This document shows positions 15,101 through 27,300 of a stretch of DNA of 64,000 nucleotides, piece after piece. The notes below the pieces were generated by a model that was given only the letters and a program-made list of their open reading frames with translations, was not told where the DNA came from and made no database searches. The DNA is from Lingula anatina (Eukaryota > Animalia > Brachiopoda), in assembly GCA_051362555.1 (NCBI GenBank), contig CM120640.1:23980225-24044224 (forward strand), given 5' to 3'. The translations under genes were made by a program, and so were the position numbers. Position 1 is the stretch's first letter; each line of letters begins with the position of its first letter.

Positions 15101-18100
15101 TTCAGCATTCAACCTGTTAGCAATGGTTGTGAACGAAGCTTACCAGAGCAGTGACAAGAGCTTAGGTGTCCATCTTAAACATGAAGGCAACAGGTACTGT
15201 GTTGTCTTTGGTATATGTATTATATGGCTTGCAAGCATCATATTAAACTTGGGAGTGGCAATCTTACCGGGTAATCCAGACTTTGATGAACATGTTGGAA
15301 TATGCATCTTTGTGTATGGTCTGACTAAAAATTATATCCTTCATGTTCTATGGATTGCACTGGTCTCCCTGGCCATCATTCTAACAGTCATGCACCTTAG
15401 ACGTCTGCACCAGGACATAAAGAAAAGATCTTATTACAGAACTGCTTCACTGGTCAGGGCTACTCTCATGATTGACCCCATGGTGGACGATACTCCCGAT
15501 CTCCAGGCCGAGAAACAGAAAGAGCAAGTCAAACTTTTGGAAAAATATAGCCTGAAACGCTTGTACATTCTTATGGCCATGACTATGCTGTTTGTAATGT
15601 ACTGGTACCCACTTTTCATGCTCACAGTACTGGACAGAGATTTCTTGGCACCAGACATGGCGTATAAAGTGTTAACATTATTTGCGTGGAGCAACTCCAC
15701 TGTGACTCCATTCATGTACTGGTTCTACAACAAGGAAAACTGTTGCTGCAGACGAGATTCTGAGCAATCTATTCTATTTCGTAACATGAAATATCTGTGC
15801 AATTACTTTGACCTGGATGCCTCCATGGTAGAGATGAACCCTGCCCATGCAAACACCGAGAATCTCGAACAACAGGAGACAACATTCATTGAACTTGGAA
15901 ATCCCCACTCTGGAATTCTCAACCATTATTTTGCAACAGCAGATAGAAAACAACCAAGGAGGACAGTTTCATTTGAGAGACCAAGTAGTCCAACCAAAAA
16001 GATGGTCATTGTGAATGCAAACAGGCGCCACACCATTGCCTCTCCTAAAATGCCTCACAAGGAACTGACCAACCAGAATCAAGACATGCATGCCAGGCGA
16101 AGTCAACTGCATTTGGACTTAAAAACTGACCACTGCAGTAATCAAACAGGTAATGCCACAGGAGTATGAGACATTATTTACGAAAAGAACATTCTTTAGT
16201 TTAAAATCAAAATGAGTTTTTATAAAGCAAAATAAGTGTACACACATTCTGTGTAAAAATTGTCACAAATGGGCATTTTCTTTTTTGAAGTAAATAAATA
16301 TAAGATTACATAACTTTGCCCAATATAAGTATATAGCACATCATAAAAATGTAAATAGAATGAGTTTGCATCGATCATAAATGGGACTTTTCATAGCTGT
16401 ACCACAGTGCAGTGCCTATTTTAAGCATATGATATGAGTAGTTTAAAAATGGCATGAGTAAACAGTACCTTTGTTTGTGGAAGTTTTGATTTCCTGAATA
16501 GGTATTATTAATAAGCAAAATAAAAAATATATGAAATTTGCTTCTATTTCTAGTATTTATACTTCAAACACAAAAGAGTCTTTAATGATTTTATATAATC
16601 CCGTGTTCTGTAAATAGTGTTTTCGTGCAACTTCAGATTCTCTGAAATTTCATCTCCTAATCCTGGGGATTATCCTCGTTATATAACAAACGTCCTCCTC
16701 AGCTGGTCTCAGCACAGCCACTTCAGACAATCAACATACCACCCTTGCCAGTGGATTGGATTTGCCTTTTGGTTCTGAAACTATCTATAAGCAGACAGCC
16801 AAACATTGGAAATTAATTATCATTGATTTCTGGGTCATTAGGCTGATTACACTTTGCTGTAAAGTGCTGTCGCTACTTGAGAATCCACGCATGACTAGAG
16901 ACCCTAACAGTTGTGCCAATACTATTGCCTCTACTTGGAAGGATTTACCATAAATTCAGTTTGATTTTTATCTTTTCGTGTGTCAAGATCAATTCCCTGA
17001 TGAAAGTTTAATGCTGAAACATAAGATAACAAATTATGTTAATTGTTCTTTGGAACATAAGAACTGAGATAGGATAAAAACTAACAGGATCGGATCTTTA
17101 ATTTTTGAGAAATAACTACATGTTGAGGAAAAAAAAACAGTAGACTAAAGGCTCAAAGACTCAAAGACATTTTCATCAAAATTCATTATTCTTTGATCTA
17201 GTAGCATCAGAGGCTTCCATTCTGACAAAACAAGAAGCTGATCCTTCACATGAGACAGCAACAATGTTCCCAGAGCAACCAAGAAATTAGTATCATTAAA
17301 AGTTTGGCGACCCATGGGTGCATACTTTACAGCAAAGGTCTGAAATGTCACACAGAGGAATAAATGCACCAAACCCAAATCAATGAAAAGTAACAGTCTG
17401 TTTTCTATGATGTAGTGCCATTGATCCTGCTACAAAGCAGATGCTTCGACAATTACAGTGGAGAGAAATTAAAAGCTAAAGACTCCCTTTTTTGTCAATT
17501 GATGGATGGGTCTACCTAGATTTTTTTCTATAACAAAGGCAGATACCAGAAGTGAAGCAGAATGAAATTAATATGCTTCTTAAGTTCTAAAGAAGTTTTT
17601 TCATCAATATCTGACACATCCATTCTGCTTTGCAAAGCTTTTTTCTTTTTTTTTTCCCCACACAGCACAGCATAGTCTTTTCTCTAAAACAACAAAAAAA
17701 AAATTGCTTGGGGAAATTTACCCCCCCCCCCCCCCCCCCCCAACCACACACACACACACACTGTTCAATATTCCTCAGAACAAACCAATCAGTCTTTTAC
17801 ATATCCTTCATTTGAAAAAAAATCAATACTCCAAATAAAAATGCAAGCATTTACTGTTCAAGGAAACATTAGCAGTCTTGTATTCTGAAACAGATACAGG
17901 AAATTTAATATTACCTGCTCAAACCCTCCAAGAAGTTCTGTGGTGTCCATTGCACTGTTCATAGCCATCACTTGAAGCTTATGTCCACTGAGCTGAGCCA
18001 AGAGCTTCACAAGACTGGTCTTACCACTAGATGCTGGGCCAACCTGGAAGATTTGGGCATTTTTCAGTCAAGTGAAAAAAGAAAGCACGTGTTCAGACTT

Positions 18101-18311
18101 GACACTGCTTAAAATGCATAAAATAACCTTCAATCACTTTTATTTCTTGAATTTTTCAAATATTTCTTAAAATGAAGAGGATGCGCTTTATAGTTCTCAA
18201 TTTTTCTATCAGATTCCAGGATATTAGTAATTGGTTAGATTCATTTTTGCAGTGTATTGTCCTTTAACATGCATTTGTAGCATAGATATCAGATCCAGAA
18301 AGTTTTTTTTT

Positions 18312-18344
<33 letters not shown>

Positions 18345-21300
18345 AGAAAGTGAAAGAAAATCATCCCATGAATCTTAAGGTCATCAATCAAATTTTGAAG
18401 CAGGGCCTGACTTTTTTTTAGGTAACAATTTAGTCAAGTAAATTGATATGAAAAAGTTTTTAAAAAACTATAGTCTAACTTAAGTTTAATACACAGGGCT
18501 TTTTTAAGAGTGCATTCCAATCTACATGTCTACACTGCAAAGGTTCTCATATTAACAAAATATTTATCCTAAAAAAGAACCCATTAAAAGATTATTCTTA
18601 TTTGCCACATACCAACACGGCCATCCAGTTCATTTCAATACACTTCATGAGTGCTTCCAGGGGTCCCAGGCTGTGGTGAAGTACCTTTGGTGCACTCTTT
18701 GTCTGGTCACTTGCAGCAGAATTGGTCACCTGCTGTTGTCTTGTCAGAAATGAGTGCCCTACTTGCAAAACATGAGGAGTCATACAGAAAAACCTGGAGC
18801 TGGTGTAGGGTTGACAATGTTCACCAAACACGCCTATAAACAATGCTTGCACCTAAAATGGAAAAATAATCATTTTGAATCATTTTTTTCCACTCTTGGT
18901 ACTCAGTGCTAAGAACTAAACTAGATGAATGAAATGCAAATGTCAAAATGAAGAAATCTTTGTCAAACTACATTTCAATTGAATAATAACTAAGTATATC
19001 TACAATGAATGTTGCTGTTGTTGCAATTAATGTTAATTAAGGAAGCTTGAAGTCCAAAAGGGCAAATGTCCCTTAATTAAATTATCATAACTAACTCAAA
19101 GTAGTGATATGTATCATGGAACATGTTATGTTAGTTACAAATTTGACAAAAGTTTGTATTTAAGACAAATTAACTGATTCAAATTTTAAAAAAGTCTGTT
19201 TTAAAACAAATTAACAGAAATCAGCACATACTTCTTCTCAAAACTATTTATGTTCAAATTCTTTGCATGTTTGTCAGCCATTTTATTTTTTAGTAATTGC
19301 TAATAAATTGAACAGTCCCCAAACAACGAAATATTTGAAAAGGAATGCAAGATTTCTATGATCTTCAGAAATTGAGAATCAATTCTAAGTTAGCCAGAGC
19401 AAGTTTTTAAAAGAAAAATACATTATCTAATTATTGCATTGTTTAGCACATGCACCATGTCTGTGAACAACTGTTGGCAAATATGCTAAAGAACATTTCT
19501 ACTCTCTAAGGAGTCTCTGAATAGCTTTGGAGAGCATGTTTGAAAAGCTGATCACAGCCTTGAGCAATGTTTACTGCATAACTAGATAACTTCTTTCTGT
19601 GGTAGATATGGCTGCTCCAACAGAGACTAATTTGATAATGTTTGCTGATCTTGGCTGGCATACAGCAATTCTTTCTGCTCCCAATAAGTGTTCTTTGGAA
19701 ATGAAATTAAGAGCATCACATGCAACTCTTGCAAAGATATTCCTTAAAAATGTCTTTCTCTTCTTCACTTTTTTTTTAAAACAGAAACTTAATAAATTCT
19801 TAAAATGTAAGATATACATGAAATGTATTAGTCATCTCATTTGTCAGTTGGCACTTTTCAAATTCCTTCTATGGGAAAAAAGGATTTCACCAAGGATCCC
19901 TCCAACCAATTAAAACCTTACCTTCTCTTTGTCCTGGTTGGTGCGCATTCTACTGCTGTAAATGAGGTGCACATACTCTTCAGGAGCCCAGTGACCTGGA
20001 GACTGAAGGGGAAAAACATGATTATTTCAGTTCTGGCAAATACCCCAGCAAAAGCTTTCTTTGCTTTAAATACTTCAAATCACTGATAAGAACTATACAT
20101 TGCTAAATCAATTTAATTTCAAAAAGAACATTTACAAACATTTCAAAAAAATCTAGGGGGAAATTTGATAAGGAATTCCAACATAGGTTGCAAAATAAAT
20201 TTTCAGCACAAATATATGCTTGCCAAAAAAATGCTCTTATACTTACTTGGTTGGCTATCATTAAATCACACCAGCGGAACACATCCCTGAGATTAAACTC
20301 CCAAGGACCGCCTCTCTGCCCCCACTCACACTGCACCATTGTCTGCTCATACATCTGAAATTATATTCACATTTTTTAACAAAAGGCATTTTGTTTTCAT
20401 TAGAAATAACCTGACAAAGTGTACAATAAAAAATGTTTCTTTTTCCATGTATAAAAATTTATTGGTATTAAAAAAACATCTTAATTAAATAAAATTGTTT
20501 GTATATGTTCTTAATTTGTAGCAATTTGATTTTTTCTGTACAAGGAGAATGTTTGGAAAAATAAAAAGCACGTTCTACCTGAGAATTGAATTTAATCATC
20601 TTAACAAGTAGGTCTTCATCAAACATGTCATACATTGATTTGGTGATGAACAACAAATCTTTTAGACCTAAAGGGTCAACATACACCTGCAAAAGAAAGA
20701 ATGAAAAATGAAAATGAACAATAAAACATACATTACAAGGTTGTCTAAAAAAACTGGTATGAATAGCTCTAAAACCTCTCCATGCAATATGAACACAGTA
20801 CCAACATTGATAATTGGATTGCCTGAGAGAAAATTTAATTTGCTCATACTACATCACAACAATACATATCAGGTATCCATGTTACTATGAACTATTTCCG
20901 TGCACAACATTTTGCATATACTTTTGCAGTTATTAATGCAGAAGTGTAATGCAATTAGAGGGTTTATTGAACAGGACACTTGGCAAGTTATTAGCAGTCA
21001 TATGGCTAAAATTGGTTCACAGCATTAATATCTACAACATAAAAAAAGGAAGAGACTGCCATTTAGTGAAAAAATTGAAAAAATATGTTGTGGGATCCAG
21101 GGGCTGCCAATGATATTTTTGGCTCTAAAAAACTCTGAAATCAGCCGATAGTCAGAAAAATCTCATCCCTTCATAAATGTTTGACTAAGCCCAGAAGTTA
21201 TTTTCATCCTTGGTTAAATTTTGGTTCAGAACCCCTAAAGATCACATTATTTTGTAGATGCTCATTAGCAGTGCAGCACATTCTTTCCAAAATATCAACT

Positions 21301-24300
21301 GCCTATTTCTTTTCTATATGGATTAATTCTCATATTGTATTTGCTGTGTATCAATCTTGGTTTAAATATACACCATGAAGCCTTACCTGTGTAAACCTGT
21401 TGAGGAATGACTTGGGCAGCCCTTTCCTCCCCCCACCTTGGTTCAGGGGGTTCTGGCAGGCAAACAGGCGAGTTTTGTTGTGCTGAACATGGAAGGTCAT
21501 GCCCAGCTCAGGAACGTACACCTCCGCCCTGTGATCTAGGCAGGCATTCAGGCCTTCAAGGACAGACTGGGATGCAAGGTTCAACTGAAAGGCAGAAGAT
21601 GTGAACTGAAAATAATGCAGTACTAAACAAAGAATAAAAAAATAAAAATTAATAATAAAACAATTATGAAAAGTGGTTGCAAAATTACCTAATATATGAT
21701 CTTGTAGTGTATTCTACTTGTGCAAATGACTAGAAAAATAATCAAAGAAACTTGTAGGTATCTGTACTTTTTTTGTGTGTGTATTCAGTGGTAATCAGTG
21801 CAAGGTAGGCTAACACAAAGAGTTGTATGCTAAGTCAAAGGTATTTTATGATTTTTCCATCAAGTAAAATATTAAGCACACACCTCATCTAGTACTACCC
21901 AATGCCCAGCTTTGAGGGCTCTGAGGAGTGGACCATCTCTCCAGGCAAACTGACCACCTTCCCCACCTTCAACAGGGAGGTCTGCACCAAACAGGTCTGT
22001 AACATCCTATGGAACACAATCCACATTTTGTTATATTGTTATTTCATTTTGCTTTGCCATTTCAGATGTCATGATATTAAATGCATCAACACCTGTTTTT
22101 CTTATGAGGATATTAGCTAACATTACCAAGCAAAGCGAGCTTGTTTGACTAATAGTATATAGCTATCACTGATTTGAACTCATTAAAGAACTCATTAAAT
22201 CATAACAAATTAATAATTCCTTAAAATTTTATTTTTAAAAATTCAAAGTACTGGATCAAACAACAGTCAAATTAATGCTCAAGTCAAAGTATGAAGGGGA
22301 CAATAAAGACATTAAATCGAATTCTCCATTCTAAGGTTCTCAGTGCCTACCGTCTGCTCGGACAGATTTATCCTGACCAATTCATTCCCAGAAGCTCTAG
22401 CCAGGGCTGCTACCAAGCTGGTCTTGCCAACACCAGGTGAACCTTCTAGCAAGACAGGCCGTGTCAGCTGCAGAGCTCTCAGCAACCTCTGTGCATTGGT
22501 GCTAGTGGTTGGTGCATGGATGGCATAGTCAGTCAGGGAAGATACCTTCAGTGGTCCTATATGACAAGAGATAAAGTATTAATTAAAAGAACAAATGGCA
22601 AAAATAAGGCCTTAAAAATATGCTATCTTACATGATGGGCATAAGAAGGGTGGACATGATGTTTAAAGAAATGTATTGCACTGTAAAAAAAAAAAGGTAA
22701 ACATCTTAACAATGATTCACAAACTGCAATTCCAAAACATCAAAATAAACTGTTGATGGACAATTTAATCTGGATGACATTTTCTCATGTGAAAAGTAAA
22801 TAAGTATAATTGCACTTGCACTGAGGAATAATATATAAAGAATGGATATATTTACCTTTGGGAATATAGAATGGTTCAATCCCAAACAAATCTGCTTTTG
22901 TCACATCTACGTGTTTGCTGTAGGTTTCAACTAAACCAAATTTGGCCGGATCTATTTTCTGCCCCGTCATCTGCTCCACTTGCTGCAACAGGTACTGTAG
23001 ACATAGGGTTCTGCTGGCACTGGCTGATGCCATGCTAGCTGCATTTGTATTGCCTGAAAGTAACAGAAATCACCAATCCCTGTGCTGTTTATGTAAATAT
23101 GTAAAGGTGTTGTGTCAAGCACAGTTTTAATAAATCGAAATTCACATAATCTGAAGGATTCTTCATGATGACCAACTGAAATGTCACGAAAAATTAGTTT
23201 TGTAAGAACAATGTATCATCTCTTTAATTTTTCACACACTATATCATATCTAACACAATGTGAAGCATTTTCTCCACTGCACAATAGACAATGCATAACA
23301 ATCCAACTCACTGAATCCCAAAGCATCAAGAAATACCAAGCAGGCACCATGGACATAGGCCACAGGGGGGTCCAGAAGTTTGCAATTGCTGTCAGTTTCC
23401 ATGCCATCTGCTTCCACTGTCCTGGCACAGGTGTTGATGAAGTGAACCCATGAAAGGATGTCCCTGATGCTCACTGTGCTCCTAAAAGAAAAACCACAGC
23501 ATGAAACTCTTGATGTGGCTGAGATATTACATGATTAATCAACTTTTTTTCTTTCCAAAGTTAACCAGATCAATTTGAACATCACCTGACTACAAAGTGT
23601 TCAGCTACGTCCATTAACTCAGATAGAAAGAAAGTGGGCTGAAACCATGAAACAATGAGTAATGCTTTGTCCGTAAAAAATATACCAAAGATTTTGAGTG
23701 TAGAAACAGTTAAGGAATCCATAAGCATAGAAACAGGTAAGATTATGACCAACGATCCTTAATGAGACCTACCGCTTTCCTGCCTCATTGTTGATGAACC
23801 ATTCAACAAAGTCCATGATGGCTCTTCCTATTCCACTGGTGCCATCTTCCTGGTTGCACAGATGAATACCAGACTTTAGATTGTGTTCTATAATGCTGAC
23901 AAGGTCCTGGCGCTCTGTAGTCTGTGGACACCAGATTTCTGTGAAACGGTTCCTCAAGGCTGGTGAAAGCTAGAAGTACAAAGGGGAGAATTCAAACTAA
24001 AACAAAATTTGGTGATAAGCAGCAAGTTAAAGCATAGATGATGAAGTGGAAAATTTCCTTCACTTAATCCTAAACCAACCAACAGATGAAGTAAAATAAA
24101 TCTTACTTCTTTCTTCCCATAATCTCCTCCAGGGTTCATTGTGGCAAAAAGACGAAATTTCTCCTTTGCAACAATAACATCTGCTTCCTCTTTCATCCCA
24201 GGGCCAGTGCTTGTCCCTTTCTCTGCCAGTAAGAGGGTACGTTCTGGTTCCAACACACTGTTAAGTCTCTCTAACACAGAGTCGTCTGCCAGGGAGATTT

Positions 24301-27300
24301 CATCCGCAAGAAACATGGCTCCCTCTTTCATGGATGTAACCAAGGGGCCATCTACCCAATCAAATAATTTCTTTGAGTCGCTCGAGCCCTGAATAAATTT
24401 TGAAAAATATATGAACAAATAATGAACAACTCATTCATGGCAAAATTTTAACGCAAAACAGTACAGCCCTTGAATCCAAAGTTAGTCATGATTATTTCCA
24501 CTTCAAGCATAAGATATAAAGGCCTGGATGAACAGCTGTCAACACTGAAAAAAATATATTTTAAAACATTTTTATTACCAGTAACTCGTACCATTAATCT
24601 TATTCTAAAATCTACTATTTTTTGTTGATTACAATATCTCTTTATTGCATCCTATATACCTCCTGTGAGTTAGCATGCCTGACTGGTCTCAATCCTCCCA
24701 GGAAGTCAGAACTCTCCGTGTGCATGTGACAGTTCACTGCAAACATCTTCTGCTTAGCCATCTCTGCATACAGCTGGCACATGCTGGTCTTCCCACAACT
24801 ACAAATAAGACCGAAGTCTAAATTGTTCACCTCTAAATAAAATAGAAGTACTAAAATATAAATTTTAATTTTCACATATCCACACCATCTAACAGTATTT
24901 CAGAGCAACTATTCAGTCCTTGGAATATTCTCTTTCCCTATTTCACAATCTAATTTGACTGTCACTTTCAAACTAATCAAGTACCTCATTACCAGAAGAT
25001 TCTTTGCATTCTTACCCAGTTTCTCCCACCAACAGAACAGGCTCCCCAAACTGTAGTGCAGTCCCTACCAGCACAGCCATCCTCCGCATACCGTAAGTCC
25101 AGACAATATGTCTGAACCCTTCAGGGGGTTGTTGAGTGAACTGGCACAGGAGTTCCCTGGTGGTTGGAGAGGTGGAATCATCCAATGTGAAAAGTTTATC
25201 TGGATCAACTATTCTTTTCAGATGTTTTTGTATGACCTCCTGTATGACATCAGCCTCTTCTGGCTTTCTCACTCGCCCTGCCAGTAGCAGGTATCCTATA
25301 TGAAATGGAAGATTTTACATTAATTGTCTTTTTAATGTTGCCCATAACATTCCAAAAAATCAAGATATTATACTCTCCTCAAATATATATATAATAGGTG
25401 TATGTGACTAGGTGTATGTGATACTCACCATGGTCTGCTAAATGCTGATCCCAGTCATAATATTTCCCTGTATTTAATTTGTTAGTGTGGTGATATCTTT
25501 CTGCCCAGCGGAAGAGATCTCTGAGAGTGATGTAGCCTTGTTTCCCTGCAAACACCCCAGTGCTTCTTCTTCTGGTCTGGAAGTCAAGCAAAGACAGTTT
25601 TTGAATGATTATTTAACATTGTCCACATAAATATGTACTGACATACACAAATCTGCTTCTTTTTTATGACAGATCTAGGTATTTACAAGAAAACATAAGT
25701 CAAACTTGAAACAGATAATCTATTCTTGAAAAGGTTTTTTAAAATCTAAATGTGCTTTCAAAATTTGCTCAGAACATTACTATTAGGCATGTCAGCAAAT
25801 GCAGCAAGTATTCTACCTGAAGATCCAGCATGGCTGCCACCAGTTTCTTACAGTAAGACAGAGGAATGAGGCATCGCTGGTGAAGGATGGTCTGCAACTC
25901 GCCACTGGGAATCTCATCAAAGTGAAGCTCCACAAACCTGTTCCTGAATGCTCTTGATAAGACCTGTAATATTAAAGTACTTTAATTGGATGATTTTTTT
26001 TTCTTGTAATACATAATACAGGATGTGTTGATATTCCACGGGAGGTATTTCAACTGATACTAGCATAAGCCCATTTCTACAGCCATAATTTACTGTTACA
26101 CAATTTACTCCTCTACAGTGATATTATGTGTGTAAATGTGTTATTTTCAACATACCTTTCTTCCACCATACTGTCCAGGTGGATTCTGAGTAGCAAACAA
26201 CATGAAGCGTGGGTGTGCCTTGATGGTTTCCTGGGTCTCTGGTATGAACAGTTCTCGATTGTCATCGAGCAGCTATAAGAATAATTATATTACTTATTAA
26301 CATATTCAAGTCCAATGCATTTTTTTGCCTAAAAATCTATACAATTCCAATGCAGTTTTTTTATCAAAAATTCAAGATTACATAAAATGATATCTCATGC
26401 ACAAACCCTGTTCAAAGCCTCCAATACATCACTGGGTGCTAAATTCAACTCATCCAAGATAATCCAATGTCCCTTCCTCATGGCGTCCACAAGCACACCT
26501 GAAATATAACACGGAAAATGTCCATCATTTTCTATACCTGCATAAATTCATAGTTCAATAATCAAGATTAACCATAATTTATTTCAAAATTACAGAGCCA
26601 ATGAACTTCTTGTTCTTTCAATAAAACCCTTGATCAATATAATATCTTCCTTGAAAAATGCAAACAAGCTGGGTCTTTTAAATGTGTACCTTCTTTAAAG
26701 ACAAGTTTCCCCATCTCATCTGCAGTGTAGCAGCCCACGTACTCCTGTATATCTGTGTGTTCGTGGTTGTTCACTCTCACACAGTGGTTCCCCGAGGACT
26801 GGGCCAGCCAGTTGATCAGGCTGGTCTTCCCAACAGATGTCTCTCCTTGGATCAACACTGGGTACCTCCTGGAGAAAACAAAAGGGAACAGAGAACTTCA
26901 GAAAGTTGTGAACTGAAAACTCATTCTCCACAGACCACCAATTGGCAAACGCTGCAAGCTAAACTTAATGAACAAACTTAAGGCCACATTTTTTTATTTT
27001 TATGGATGACATCCTGCGCGCGCACCGATTTTCGCCCGTTCTCCGAAAAAAAAAAAAAAAAAATCCCCCCCCCAGCCCCCAACGAAGTCGGTTGTCGCAA
27101 ACGTCGTTATTGAATTTGCCAGGAAATGAGCTTTCTGCGCATGCGTATTATCGCCACGTGGAAATGTGGCCGCTTTGCCGTCAAATTCATCTCTAGGATT
27201 ACTTTCAAATTACACGACAATTAAAGTCATAAAGAGAACGGGTGCCGTCGTTTTAGATTGGTATGCCATTGATATTGGGCATGGAGATATCACCTTTTTA

